Shown: in pieces, positions 10,603 through 21,554 of the stretch
How the letters are laid out: each line of letters starts with the position of its first letter
How positions within the stretch are numbered: the stretch's first letter is position 1
Translations under genes and position numbers: made by a program
Source of the DNA: Bacteroidota bacterium
GTDB taxonomy: Bacteria; Bacteroidota; Bacteroidia; Bacteroidales; VadinHA17
Direction: 5' to 3'
Assembly (NCBI GenBank): GCA_012729475.1
Contig: JAAYDB010000003.1
Coordinates: forward strand, 472-64,471
Length of the DNA stretch: 64,000 nt
Notes under the pieces: model-generated
Seen by the model: only the letters and a program-made list of their open reading frames with translations
Database searches by the model: none
What the model was told of the DNA's origin: nothing

Positions 10603-11214
10603 TTAATTACCGGTACCTGATTGTTCCCTTGATTTTTCCCCCAGATATCCTCCATGATGTCTTCTGGCATAATCAACAGGACTAAAACCTATTTTTTCCA
10701 TCATCAGAACGACAAGTGCGTCTCCTATTACAGTGAAAACAGTAGTTGATGTTGTCGGAGTTAATCCCAGAGGACAGACCTCTGGCGGAGCACCGGTAAA
10801 GATAGTGCAGAAAGCTTTTTCAACTAAAGGACTGTCAGGATTGCCTGTAATTACAACAAAAGGAACCCGGGGGAAAAGATTGTTTTTCAGTTCAACCAAT
10901 TCTATTAGTTCTCTTGTCTTACCTGAATTGGATATGATAAGCATTACATCATTTTCCTGGATAATTCCAAGGTCGCCATGCTGGGCTTCACTGGGATGAA
11001 GAAATACTGCAGGTGTACCGGTTGAGCTGAAAGTTGTGGCAATATTATTGGCTATTGCACCTGCTTTCCCCATGCCACTGGTGATCAGTTTGCCATGTAA
11101 ACGGTGTACATGCTTATAAATCAGTTCTGTCGCTTTTTCGAAAATATCATCGACAGGGATATTCCTTATTGCAATTGCTTCTTTTTCAAATATCTGAAGA
11201 ATCTTTTCTTTCAT
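10603..11214 (-). CDS. SIS-domain sugar-phosphate isomerase (KpsF/GutQ-like, no CBS pair)
   Basis: 'GMGKAG', 'HPSEAQHGDLG', 'PTTSTT' and 'HHGGYLG' motifs. Confidence 0.88.
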   Translation of the reverse strand: MKEKILQIFEKEAIAIRNIPVDDIFEKATELIYKHVHRLHGKLITSGMGKAGAIANNIATTFSSTGTPAVFLHPSEAQHGDLGIIQENDVMLIISNSGKTRELIELVELKNNLFPRVPFVVITGNPDSPLVEKAFCTIFTGAPPEVCPLGLTPTTSTTVFTVIGDALVVLMMEKIGFSPVDYARRHHGGYLGEKSREQSGTGN

Positions 11215-11236
11215 ACGTATATTTAATTATTATTTA

Positions 11237-12649
11237 TTACACAGTCTTTAATATATCGTTTAGTAATCTGTCAAAATCCATGGCTCCATTAGGGGAATAG
11301 CCGAGTACAACCACTACAAGGTCCTTTGATGGTATAATAAATATGCGTTGACCATCATGACCAATACACATGTAAGTATCATCAGGGGCAGAGGGCACTT
11401 CTCCTTTTCCGTTAAGCCAGAAAAGAGAACCATATTCACCTTCTGATGCAGATGCAGGTGTCCTTGTATAATCTGTCCAGCCCTCAGGAAGGATCTGTTC
11501 TCCATTGAAGTTACCTTCTCTTATATACAAAAGTCCAAAACGGGCATAGTCGCGGAGGGTGGCATATAAATAGGATGATCCTACGAAGGTGCCAGATAAG
11601 TCTGTTTCAAAGATGGCATTCGTAATGCCTGTTTTGTAGAAAAGATCAGTATAGGGGAAAGTATAATATATTGAATCGTTATTGATCCTTTTGCGGATCA
11701 GATAACAAAGAACATTAGCCATTCCCGATGAGTATTCAAAATGTGTTCCGGGTTCAAACTCCAGTGGCTGGTCATAGGCAAACTCAGCCATATCCTTTTC
11801 ACGGGTGAGCATGAGGGTTACATCAGAACGGTTGCCATAATCTTCATTCCATCTTAGGCCGCTTTGCATCTGCATGATATCATTTATGGTTATTTCCTTC
11901 CTCGCATCATTTTGCCATAGCTCAATATCTGTCTCTTCATAAATATCCAGAAAACCCTTCTTTACAAGAATTCCGATAAGAGCATTTGTCACACTCTTTG
12001 CCATCGACCAGCTAAGGAATAATGAATTTTTACCGAAACCTGGTTTATAAGCTTCTGCAACAGGCATACCCTTATGAAGAACCATGAATGAATAAGCGTT
12101 ACCTCCGTAACTGTTTCTTGTTATAAGATCATTTGTTATTATTTCCAGTGATTCAGTATTTATTCCGGTCACAGTATCAGGAATAATGTTTCCCAAGGGC
12201 CATTCTGTGGAATCTGATTCATATCCCGGATCAGGCAATACGGGAAAAGTCTTCCGGCGAAGCTCCTCTGCTGAAGATTTTCTCAGTAGGAGAGCCCCGT
12301 ATTCCTCAAGATCGATGGCTCTGGAACTACCCCAGAGAAAACGGCTTGTGACACTGCTGTCGCTATAGTTCACCCTGTTCTTAACATAATTAACAGGGAA
12401 AAAATTCAGATCGTTTGCTTCAAGATCTTCCTGATCCCTGTCGGCTATGAAGACACCGGAACATAGATTCTTAGCGGCATAACCTGTCATTATAGGAAGC
12501 AAAGAACTAAGATAGACAACCCCTGCTGTAATTAATAACAGGAGGAGAGTTAAAAAGAAATAGAAGATTTTCTTTTTCAGGGAAAGAGTTTTATAGTCCA
12601 TGTCTGTTTTTTTTCCGGCCTTTTTAATCCAATGTCTCAAAGTTATCAA
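11237..12649 (-). CDS. Serine hydrolase, beta-lactamase class C-like, with N-terminal membrane anchor (true start probably ATG at 12601)
   Basis: 'SWSMAKS' (SxxK), 'FEYSSG' and 'GHDGQ' motifs. Confidence 0.85.
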   Translation of the reverse strand: MITLRHWIKKAGKKTDMDYKTLSLKKKIFYFFLTLLLLLITAGVVYLSSLLPIMTGYAAKNLCSGVFIADRDQEDLEANDLNFFPVNYVKNRVNYSDSSVTSRFLWGSSRAIDLEEYGALLLRKSSAEELRRKTFPVLPDPGYESDSTEWPLGNIIPDTVTGINTESLEIITNDLITRNSYGGNAYSFMVLHKGMPVAEAYKPGFGKNSLFLSWSMAKSVTNALIGILVKKGFLDIYEETDIELWQNDARKEITINDIMQMQSGLRWNEDYGNRSDVTLMLTREKDMAEFAYDQPLEFEPGTHFEYSSGMANVLCYLIRKRINNDSIYYTFPYTDLFYKTGITNAIFETDLSGTFVGSSYLYATLRDYARFGLLYIREGNFNGEQILPEGWTDYTRTPASASEGEYGSLFWLNGKGEVPSAPDDTYMCIGHDGQRIFIIPSKDLVVVVLGYSPNGAMDFDRLLNDILKTV

Positions 12650-12772
12650 AATACTGTTTTATTTTTTATACAGATATGTTTTTCTTCTCAGTAGTATAAC
12701 CCGATTTCAAAGTTATTCTAATTTTGTATTCTGTCATTTTGACAAGAAGATTTATGCATCCTGTTGTTTCTG

Positions 12773-13675
12773 ATGATAAGTATCTGTATCCCTGTATATA
12801 ATTATGATGTTTCACGTCTGGTAACTGACTTGTCAATACAGGCAGAATCATCATATGTCCCTGTTGAAATAATTATTATTGATGATTTCTCGGAGGAAAG
12901 GTACCGCAGGAATAACAGGCTTGTTTGCAAAGAGCACATTTATATTGAACTTGACCATAATACCGGAAGAGCAAGGATCAGAAACCTTTTTATTACTTAT
13001 GCTAATTACAGATATCTTCTTTTCCTTGATTGCGATTCCATTATTTCTTCTTCTAATTTCCTTGAAAAATATATCGGGTTGACACCACAACAACCGTCAG
13101 TAGTTTGTGGAGGGAGTACATACACATTGATGTGTCCCGGCCGCAGGCAGAAGCTCAGATGGAAATACGGTAAGCTAAGAGAAAGTAAACCGGCAGATAT
13201 CAGGAATGGCAATCCTCACCGCTCATTCCTGTCTAATAATTTTCTGGCAGACAGACGGATATTTGACAGAATAAAATTTGATGAAAATCTTTCAGGTTAT
13301 GGCTATGAGGATACTCTTTTTGGTTACTCACTGAGAAAAGCAGGTATTGAAGTGATCCATACTGATAATCAGGTTCTCAACGGAGGTCTTGAATCAAATA
13401 AAGCCTATCTGAAAAAAACGAGGGAGGCTGTTCTTAATCTTGTTGAAATGGTGAAATCCGGTCGATATGGAGATGATTTAAATGATTACATCTCACTTTT
13501 ACATTTTTATAACAAAATAGAGAAATACAAAAATTGTATTGGTCTGGTTTATATTGTATTCCGGCCAGTAATATATTTCTTGCTGGCCAGAGGTTATATT
13601 TTTCTTGCTTTATTTGATCTTTACAGGCTGGGCCTTTTTATCCGTCTGAGTCGTTCTTTACAAAGTCAAAAATGA
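12773..13675 (+). CDS. Glycosyltransferase family 2
   Basis: 'ISICIPVYN', 'IDDFS', 'FLDCD' and 'GYEDT' motifs. Confidence 0.88.
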   Translation: MISICIPVYNYDVSRLVTDLSIQAESSYVPVEIIIIDDFSEERYRRNNRLVCKEHIYIELDHNTGRARIRNLFITYANYRYLLFLDCDSIISSSNFLEKYIGLTPQQPSVVCGGSTYTLMCPGRRQKLRWKYGKLRESKPADIRNGNPHRSFLSNNFLADRRIFDRIKFDENLSGYGYEDTLFGYSLRKAGIEVIHTDNQVLNGGLESNKAYLKKTREAVLNLVEMVKSGRYGDDLNDYISLLHFYNKIEKYKNCIGLVYIVFRPVIYFLLARGYIFLALFDLYRLGLFIRLSRSLQSQK

Positions 13676-13771
13676 TTTCTATTTCCTGTAATAAAATTTT
13701 TCTGCCGGAACAGCTGTTGGTCCATTGGATGAAGGAGTGAGATGGATCAAATGAAAGCTGGCAGGAAAAAG

Positions 13772-14644
13772 CTATTCATACCTGTAAAGACGAACCTTGT
13801 TATTTTGTAAAGTAGGTATGAAAAAAAGCTTCTGGTCTTCTATGAATTCAAAATCGGCACAAAAGACATTTTCAGCAGTCGTGTTCAGAATTTCCCTGGA
13901 TACTCCTTTATTATTCACAAAATAAATAATTCCCTGATAGTGTGAAATAAAGTAGCCGTCACCGTGTTTTTTTACACCGTCAATCACAGCAAATCCTTTT
14001 CCGGGAGCTGATATTATTTCTGTCTTTTTATCGTGTATGGATACCGACTTCAGACTACCGTCACTGCAAACCCCCACAATAATATTGTCTCCATCGCAAA
14101 TAATTCCATTGGGATTCATAAATTCATCGCTTTCTATCCATTTTTCAACTACGGAATCCTTTATCCTGTATATAATATTTATGTCACTGACAGTTACATA
14201 CAGATTTCCGTTATTATCCGCAGCAATGTCATTCAGGAAACCCGGACCCTCGATACGGTACCTCTTTACTACTTTATTCTGTGTAAGATCGAACTCAATA
14301 ATCCCGAATCTTTCAACAATATATAACAGATCATTATGAATACATAATCCTGTTGGAGCGGTTACATTGTCAATCATTTTTTGTTCAACTATTTCACCCT
14401 TGAGGTTAAATTTAGTAATGTAATCCTTACTGTACGACATTCCATTTCCGGGATTCTCACCAAAGTTGGATACATAGCAGCATGCTCTGCTTTTGTCGAA
14501 TACAATTGATTCAGGATTATAAGCAAGAGAATCTTTTTCCCAGATCAACCTCATCTGAGCTTCCGATTTGCAGTTTATGAGTGTGATGGCAATGAGAAAT
14601 GTAACTACACTTTTCATTCCCGGTTTAATGTTGGTTTTTTTCAT
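13772..14644 (-). CDS. Exported SMP-30/gluconolactonase-like beta-propeller protein
   Basis: Signal peptide; 'PES', 'YVSN', 'FLNDI', 'PNGI' and 'DG' propeller motifs. Confidence 0.7.
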   Translation of the reverse strand: MKKTNIKPGMKSVVTFLIAITLINCKSEAQMRLIWEKDSLAYNPESIVFDKSRACCYVSNFGENPGNGMSYSKDYITKFNLKGEIVEQKMIDNVTAPTGLCIHNDLLYIVERFGIIEFDLTQNKVVKRYRIEGPGFLNDIAADNNGNLYVTVSDINIIYRIKDSVVEKWIESDEFMNPNGIICDGDNIIVGVCSDGSLKSVSIHDKKTEIISAPGKGFAVIDGVKKHGDGYFISHYQGIIYFVNNKGVSREILNTTAENVFCADFEFIEDQKLFFIPTLQNNKVRLYRYE

Positions 14645-14983
14645 GTAACTACTTTTAATAATCAGGTATATATAGTGTTTAAGATCCGGAAATATTCTTT
14701 AAATAATATTTTCTGCAAGTAACATATTCCTGAAAGGAAATTTTTTCATAAATTTTCTTCAGAGTACCAATATAGGGTATTTAAAAATATTGTCAAAGCA
14801 ACTAACCTGAGAATCATATACTTTTTCAAGACTGCCATTGTTAAGGTAACAGAATGATCCGCAATTGTCTATGAAGAGAGTGTGAGAAGTATTTTAACAA
14901 TCAGAAATATTGATTTCTAAATTTTCTTATAGTATTTTTGATAAGAGATACAATCCGTCCTATATTATTAACAATTAATTATT

Positions 14984-15436
14984 ATGGATACCCCGAACCT
15001 AACACTTGACCTTATAGTCAGACTTGCAAGTCTTGGTACAGCCGGCATTTCTGTTTTTGGAATATTCTATACCGGCATAATAGTAAAATCTTTACCAAAT
15101 AATGTATCAGAAGCTAAATTGTCGGCGGTGAGGATGTATAAAAACATGTGCATTGTTATTGCAATTATTTGTGCTTTATCAGGTGCTTTGAATGCATTTT
15201 TCAATATGCAAAAGGTTCAGGATGCAAAAAATGATGTTGCCGAGATAGAAAGCAGTATTACAAATCAGGCTGACAGTTTGAAACAATCGAGAGAAGCTAT
15301 CGGACGTGACCTTAATGAACTCCGGAAGATTCTTGAGGATCAGCCCTGTGACAATACTCTGGCGGCGGGTGTTTTAAAAAGGATTGATCAGAATGTAAAT
15401 TCACTTACTTTCAAGCCATCCCGAATGCCGGATTAA
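14984..15436 (+). CDS. Hypothetical membrane protein (2 TM plus coiled coil)
   Basis: 150-aa ORF with ATG start after an AT-rich leader; two hydrophobic segments. Confidence 0.6.
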   Translation: MDTPNLTLDLIVRLASLGTAGISVFGIFYTGIIVKSLPNNVSEAKLSAVRMYKNMCIVIAIICALSGALNAFFNMQKVQDAKNDVAEIESSITNQADSLKQSREAIGRDLNELRKILEDQPCDNTLAAGVLKRIDQNVNSLTFKPSRMPD

Positions 15437-15595
15437 TTCTGAAAACAGATATTGATGTTATTAAGTCGGGGTTCGCTCTTTCGTTTTCTTTGAAGAATTA
15501 CTCTATTAATCTGTTGGTTTTATAGCTTAATTATGAAGACTTAATTTTGGCTCCGTTCAAAAATCAGACAGTAACTACAAAGAATAAAATAAAAC

Positions 15596-15641
15596 ATCAA
15601 AAACGCTAAAGTTCAGTAAAGGTAACAATAGCGTTTTTGAT
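15596..15641 (-). terminator. 13-bp inverted repeat immediately 3' of tRNA-Arg
   Basis: ATCAAAAACGCTA (15596-15608) / TAGCGTTTTTGAT (15629-15641), 20-nt loop, T-rich tail on the minus strand. Confidence 0.55.
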
Positions 15642-15644
15642 TTG

Positions 15645-15718
15645 TGATCCCGGAGGGATTCAAACCCCCAACCTTCTGATCCGTAGTCAGATGCTCTATT
15701 CAGTTAAGCTACGGGACC
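15645..15718 (-). tRNA. tRNA-Arg (anticodon ACG)
   Basis: Reverse complement GGTCCCGTAGCTTAACTGAATAGAGCATCTGACT-ACG-GATCAGAAGGTTGGGGGTTTGAATCCCTCCGGGATCA folds as a cloverleaf; CCA not encoded; TATATTTG promoter element just upstream. Confidence 0.95.
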
Positions 15719-15939
15719 TTTGTTTTCGACTGCAAATATAATAATAATTGTTTTCAGGAGGTAAAGAAAGAAATCCCGTATTTAATAAACATATATTATA
15801 CAAATCCGTTTAATATAAACTGAGATAGTAAACTGTCCCATACTTTTTTTATTACGGAGAATATTAGTTACTTTAAATCAGTGGTTTTGATTACATATCA
15901 AATATTTAAAAATCAGACATATAATTAATTGTACATGAT

Positions 15940-18762
15940 ATGAAAAGACTGTCACGAATAATTCTTTTATCTCTTGCCGGACTTATTTTGCTGGTTATGG
16001 TTTTATTATTTACAGTTCCGGTTCTTTTCAAAGACAAGATCGGGACAAAGGTGGAGCAGGTGATCAATGAATCTGTTAATGCCAGTGTGAGTTTTGGCAG
16101 TTATAAACTCGGGTTTTTTAGAAATTTTCCAAATTTATCCTTTTCTCTTGATAAGCTTGCCATAGTTGGACAAGATGAGTTTGAGAATGATACACTGGCT
16201 GCTTTTGAATCTTTTGATATTGTATTCAACCTCGGAAGTTTACTTAAAAAAAGTGGCTATGAGGTAAAGTCAATTATCCTTAACGAAGCCACAATGAATG
16301 CAATTTATCTTGAAGATGGAAAAGCAAACTGGGATATTTTTAAAGAAAGTGCTGAACAAGAGGAGGAAGAAACAAACAGCGCAGAATCAGACCTTAAAAT
16401 TCTGCTTAAAAAAGTTACTCTTTTGAACAGTTCTTTGTCATATATTGATAAAAGTTCGAATATGTCTGCCTTCATGAATGATATCAATTTTTATCTCAAA
16501 GGTGATATGTCCATGAGTGAAACAGATATGGAGATAATTCTGAATGCAGGTGATGTGAGTTTTATTATGGATGGAATAAAATATCTTGACAAAGCAGTGG
16601 CAGAGTCAAGGATAGACCTTCTGGCTGATCTTGAGAATATGCAATTCAGTCTGGGGGAAAATTATTTAGCCCTTAATGATCTGAAGCTTGGTTTTACTGG
16701 TGTTGTTGAAATGCCGGAAGATGATATCAGGACTGATATATCTTTTGAAACACAAAAGACTTCATTCAAAACACTGCTATCGCTTATTCCGGCAGTATTC
16801 ATGAAAGATTTTGAAGAGCTGCAGACAAGTGGTGAATTTGCTCTTACGGGTTCTGCAATAGGTATTTACAGTGATGCTGATTCAACTTTACCGGATATTA
16901 ATCTGAAACTCCGGGTTGACAATGGCTCGATAAGTTATCCCTCCCTTCCAGAAGATATAACCAATATAAATATTAGTTTAGACCTGTTTGCAGATGGCAG
17001 AGACCCCGATAATACAACTCTTGATATTGATGATTTTCACCTGGAGCTTGCAGATAATCCATTTGATTTTCATTTATCTCTGAGAACGCCAATAAGTGAT
17101 CCCGATTTCAATGGTTCTATGATCGGGAAAATAGATCTTTCAGCTCTTACTAATGCAATACCTTTTGACAGCCTCGAACTATCAGGTACGATAGATATGT
17201 CGGTTATGATGAAAGGCAGGTTATCCATGATAGAAAAAGAGGAATATGGAAATTTCCAGGCTTCGGGGAATCTGGGAATAATGAATATTCTGATAGCCAT
17301 GACCGGATATCCTGAGGTGAATATTAAAGAAGCAGGTTTCGAATTTTCTCCTGCTTTTGCCGCTTTAACGAAAGCTGATTTAATGGTGGGAGAGAAGAGC
17401 GATATGAACCTGAGTGGCCGTCTTGAAAATTATGTTCCATATCTTTTTAAGGACGGGATAATAAAGGGTAATATGACACTTATATCACAACAGATCGATG
17501 TTACTGATCTACTCGAAAGTATAGCAACAGATACAACACAGGTGGAAGATACAACATCTCTGGCCGTCATCAGGATACCTGAAAATATTGATTTTGATTT
17601 TAACGCTAGTATTAATAATCTTAATTACGGGAGTATTAACGCAAGAGAAATGAAAGGGCATATCATCATCCGTAATGGTGTACTTAATTTAAAAGAGACG
17701 GAGATGAATATTCTTGGAGGAATTATTGCTATGGATGCTGATTATGATACACGAGATTCACTTAAGCCGCTTATTAAGGCAGGGATGAGTATTCAAAACC
17801 TTGGAGTAAAGGATGCTTACAATACTTTTAACACTATTCAGAAGCTGGCGCCTGCAGCAGCCGGAGTTGATGGTAAGGTAAATGTGGAGATGAACTATGA
17901 AAGTCTGTTGGGAGGGAATATGATGCCAGTGGTTCATACCATTACAGGAGGTGGTAGTATCCGTTCTGATGAGATAACTCTGGTTACTTCTGCTGCTTAC
18001 GATAAAATGAAGGAATTGCTTAAATTGGGAGATAATTTCACTAATGTATTCAAAGATATTAATGTCAGTTTTAATTTAAAAGATGGCAGAGTTTATGTTA
18101 AGCCCTTTGATACAAAAGTCGGGGATATCAAAATGAATATCAGTGGGGATCAGGGGATTGATCAGACTATGAATTATGTTATCAGGACAGAGATACCAAG
18201 ATCGGCACTGGGCGGTTCTGTAAATTCTTTAATAGATAATCTTTCGTCCCAGGCCTCTGCTTTCGGACTGTCAATAAAGCCGGCTGATATCATGAAGATA
18301 AACTTAAAAGTTGGCGGTGTGTTTGGCAAACCCGTTGTTACTCCGCTCCTGGGATCTTCTTCCGGTGATTCTGAGTCAATTGTCACTCAGTCAGGAGAAA
18401 CAGTAAAAGAAGCAGTGGGAGCAACTATTGACAGTGGAAAGGACAGATTGAGAGAAGAAGCTGAAGAGAGAGGAGATGAATTAATAAGGGAAGCAGAGCT
18501 GCGGGCCCAACAACTGCGTGAAGAAGCAGCTACTGGGGCAGAAAAAATACGGAAGGAAGCTGATTTGCAGGCAGAAAATCTTGTCAGGGAGGCCTCTGAT
18601 AAAGGCACTCTGGCTCGAATAGCTGCAGAAAGAGCTGCTGAAGCCCTTAGAAATGAAGCTGACAAAAAAGCTGCTCAACTAATAGAACAAGCTGATATTA
18701 AGGCAGATAAACTCATAGATGAAGCCCGGATAAGAAAACAGGAAATGATAGAAAAAATCTGA
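15940..18762 (+). CDS. AsmA family protein with C-terminal Ala/Glu-rich coiled-coil tail
   Basis: N-terminal anchor; 'FRNFPNLS' AsmA N-terminal motif; beta-rich body; helical tail. Confidence 0.8.
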   Translation: MKRLSRIILLSLAGLILLVMVLLFTVPVLFKDKIGTKVEQVINESVNASVSFGSYKLGFFRNFPNLSFSLDKLAIVGQDEFENDTLAAFESFDIVFNLGSLLKKSGYEVKSIILNEATMNAIYLEDGKANWDIFKESAEQEEEETNSAESDLKILLKKVTLLNSSLSYIDKSSNMSAFMNDINFYLKGDMSMSETDMEIILNAGDVSFIMDGIKYLDKAVAESRIDLLADLENMQFSLGENYLALNDLKLGFTGVVEMPEDDIRTDISFETQKTSFKTLLSLIPAVFMKDFEELQTSGEFALTGSAIGIYSDADSTLPDINLKLRVDNGSISYPSLPEDITNINISLDLFADGRDPDNTTLDIDDFHLELADNPFDFHLSLRTPISDPDFNGSMIGKIDLSALTNAIPFDSLELSGTIDMSVMMKGRLSMIEKEEYGNFQASGNLGIMNILIAMTGYPEVNIKEAGFEFSPAFAALTKADLMVGEKSDMNLSGRLENYVPYLFKDGIIKGNMTLISQQIDVTDLLESIATDTTQVEDTTSLAVIRIPENIDFDFNASINNLNYGSINAREMKGHIIIRNGVLNLKETEMNILGGIIAMDADYDTRDSLKPLIKAGMSIQNLGVKDAYNTFNTIQKLAPAAAGVDGKVNVEMNYESLLGGNMMPVVHTITGGGSIRSDEITLVTSAAYDKMKELLKLGDNFTNVFKDINVSFNLKDGRVYVKPFDTKVGDIKMNISGDQGIDQTMNYVIRTEIPRSALGGSVNSLIDNLSSQASAFGLSIKPADIMKINLKVGGVFGKPVVTPLLGSSSGDSESIVTQSGETVKEAVGATIDSGKDRLREEAEERGDELIREAELRAQQLREEAATGAEKIRKEADLQAENLVREASDKGTLARIAAERAAEALRNEADKKAAQLIEQADIKADKLIDEARIRKQEMIEKI

Positions 18763-18783
18763 TAAGGAAATATTTGTTCCTGC

Positions 18784-19131
18784 TTAGAATTTTCTTTCTT
18801 TTATTCTGGCTTTTTTACCTGTCAGATTGCGCAGATAAAAAATTCTTGCACGACGAACTTTACCGTGCTTGTTAACCTCTATCTTGTCAATGAATGGGGA
18901 TGAAACAGGGAAAATCCTTTCAACTCCTACATTGCCCGACATCTTTCTGACAGTAAAAGTAGCAGTATGACTACTTCCGGATCTTTGTATCACTACTCCA
19001 CGGAACTGCTGAATTCTTTCCTTGTTTCCTTCTTTTATTTTGTAGTGAACCGTAATGGTATCTCCAGCTATGAATTTTGGAAACTGTTTTTCAACAGCCA
19101 GTTCATTTTCAACAACATTCATCAGATTCAT
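18784..19131 (-). CDS. rplS: 50S ribosomal protein L19
   Basis: '[19 protein letters not shown]', 'GVERIFP' and '[12 protein letters not shown]' motifs; TACATTTG promoter element upstream. Confidence 0.97.
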   Translation of the reverse strand: MNLMNVVENELAVEKQFPKFIAGDTITVHYKIKEGNKERIQQFRGVVIQRSGSSHTATFTVRKMSGNVGVERIFPVSSPFIDKIEVNKHGKVRRARIFYLRNLTGKKARIKERKF

Positions 19132-19329
19132 CTCGAACAATATTTCACGTTATTAAATATAACTCTTTTAAAATCGGACGCAAATGTATAAATAATATTT
19201 GAAAATACACAATCAGTGATAATTATTACATATAAAACAACAAATATTAATACGACTATTTAATATGCTTTCGAAAGATCAAAATACATATTGACAGTCT
19301 TTTGTCTTTCTCCAAAGTATATTATTGGT

Positions 19330-21063
19330 TCAATGTCCGGATGCATCTGCAGGCATAAGTAATTTATCACCTGTATCCTGAATAACTGCTTTTTTCCACT
19401 TTTCTGAATATCCGGGCTGTGAAGGCATCACAGGATAACCTGTTTCTGTTCTTTCAAACTCCCCGTCTCTTTCTTTTTTAATATTTCCGTCGATATATTT
19501 TACAAGCAGGTATTCGCTTAGTTGTTTCCATTGTGTGAAGGTATTTTGTGCTGTCTTGAGGGAATATTCTGTAAGGTAGTCCCGGGCTTTCCATACATCA
19601 TCTTCATAGAGTTTAACTGCCTCGGCGTCAGTTTTTTCTGTTTCAGAAATATATGATGATTCAAGTTGCTTTTGTAATTTTATTGCATCAGCACTCATCA
19701 TGTCATAACGTGAGTAGCACATATTTGCTACAAGGTTGAAGAGCCAGAATGCTGAAGTTGGCGAGTAGGTATTAAGGTCACCGTTACCTTTTTCAAAGCA
19801 CTCAGGTATCTCAGTGATACCGCAATACATAGGATTAAACACTGTTGTTCCCGCATCATCGACACCAAACCAGAAAATACCTCCTATAGGATCAGGAAGC
19901 CAGTTTCTTGATTCTGCTACAAAGACAAAACCTGTTTGTTGTGTGGCTGTAGCTCTTTCATTGGTATATTCCCTTCCTTCAGGATCATCAGAGAGTGTCC
20001 ATGAGAGTGGTCGCCAGCGGTAGGGACATCCAAAAGATCCTGCACCAATATCAAGACGCATATCAAGAGGTGTTCCTTCCAAATGATCACGCATGAAATT
20101 CATCATATCATAATTTGAAATCTTACGATCAGGTTTTATCCATAAAGGCATTCTTTGACTGAGATCATGCCCTGTGGCATAATTATAATACTGTTCCATA
20201 TCATCATTGACTGCATTGAAAAAAGCCCATACGCGAATTTCACAATATCTTGCACCAGAAAAAGTTATTGGGTTGTAAGTATCAGAAAAACTAAAATCGC
20301 TATCACTTCCTTCATAAAGATTATTAGCTCTTGCAACATCAATGACGTCATAAGAATAGACACATTCAACAGCTGGATCAGATATTCTTCTGAGATCTTT
20401 AGAAGTAATTGCTATACTGTTTCTTTTTCCGGTTGCAAGAGGAAAGGTTTGTATTCTTGCCTGGTTAGCATGAGCCGACACATATCCGTCAGGTATAAGA
20501 CGTGCTACCCATACTGCACCTTTATTGCCCGGTCCTTTGCCTATTAATTCAAATATCCATACCTCATTGGGATCGGATATGGAAAATGATTCACCTGTAC
20601 TTGCATATCCGTATTCCGATAGTAATTCTGACATGACTTTTATAGCCTCCCTCGCATTTCTTGCTCTTTGAAGAGTGATGTAGATAAGGCTTCCGTAATC
20701 AATTATGCCCTCAGGATCAATAAGGCTCTCAATACCTGTATAGGTTGTTTCTCCTATTGCCAGTTGATGTTCATTCATGTTTCCTATAACTGAATATGTA
20801 TGTGGCACCTGTTTTATTTTTCCCAGAAATCTGTTAGTGTCCCATTCATATACATCAAGCATAGCTCCTGCAGGATAATCTCTTGCAGGCCAGTAATATA
20901 GTTCTCCATACAGAACATGTGAATCAGCAGAGTACGAGATCATCGTTGATCCGTTAACAGAAGCTCCCCGGGTAATGAGTAAATTTGTACAGGCAAAAAC
21001 ATTCTCACTTGTAATAAAAACTCCGAGGATTATCCCTAAAAGCATTATCGTATATCTTCTCAT
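19330..21063 (-). CDS. C69 family dipeptidase, exported
   Basis: Signal peptide followed by 'ACTN' nucleophile; 'MNEHQLAIGETT' and 'HANQARI' motifs. Confidence 0.9.
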   Translation of the reverse strand: MRRYTIMLLGIILGVFITSENVFACTNLLITRGASVNGSTMISYSADSHVLYGELYYWPARDYPAGAMLDVYEWDTNRFLGKIKQVPHTYSVIGNMNEHQLAIGETTYTGIESLIDPEGIIDYGSLIYITLQRARNAREAIKVMSELLSEYGYASTGESFSISDPNEVWIFELIGKGPGNKGAVWVARLIPDGYVSAHANQARIQTFPLATGKRNSIAITSKDLRRISDPAVECVYSYDVIDVARANNLYEGSDSDFSFSDTYNPITFSGARYCEIRVWAFFNAVNDDMEQYYNYATGHDLSQRMPLWIKPDRKISNYDMMNFMRDHLEGTPLDMRLDIGAGSFGCPYRWRPLSWTLSDDPEGREYTNERATATQQTGFVFVAESRNWLPDPIGGIFWFGVDDAGTTVFNPMYCGITEIPECFEKGNGDLNTYSPTSAFWLFNLVANMCYSRYDMMSADAIKLQKQLESSYISETEKTDAEAVKLYEDDVWKARDYLTEYSLKTAQNTFTQWKQLSEYLLVKYIDGNIKKERDGEFERTETGYPVMPSQPGYSEKWKKAVIQDTGDKLLMPADASGH

Positions 21064-21554
21064 AGTAAAAAGTATTATTGTCAGTTATTATTATCAATTA
21101 AAACATATCTGCCAGGTTAATATCTAATATTCCTGTTCACCGTCATTATTATACAGGAAGTCAAATCACAGACCATCATGGAAGTCCTGCACGTCCCTGG
21201 TTCATTTCTTTTTATCTGATCGCAGGATTCTCCGTATCCTTATGTGTCGTTTTGTTTTTCCGGTTATTTAAATATATAATTCTTATATCAGCAATTACTT
21301 CTGATCACTGTATAGTAATGCATCTTATGCAAAGATAAGATGTCGATGCTAAATTCAAAGTGATATCTTTTCAATTTGGTCTTTATGCTTAGTGTTTTTT
21401 TTAATCTGATTACTAATTGTTTATATCATTGTAATTGCTGGTTCTCCCTTAAAACCAATTCTTTTAAGATAAAAAGATAATAATTATACTTTTTTCAGTT
21501 TCATCATTCAGGATTGCAAATTTTTAAGTATACTTGCTAATAAAACTCATACTT

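Noticed and set aside
15437-15600. Integrase or recombinase remnant next to the tRNA
   Set aside because: No recognisable reading frame or att duplication found by eye.
18784-19131. rplS outside the rpsP-rimM-trmD operon
   Set aside because: A stand-alone rplS is not unusual in Bacteroidota.
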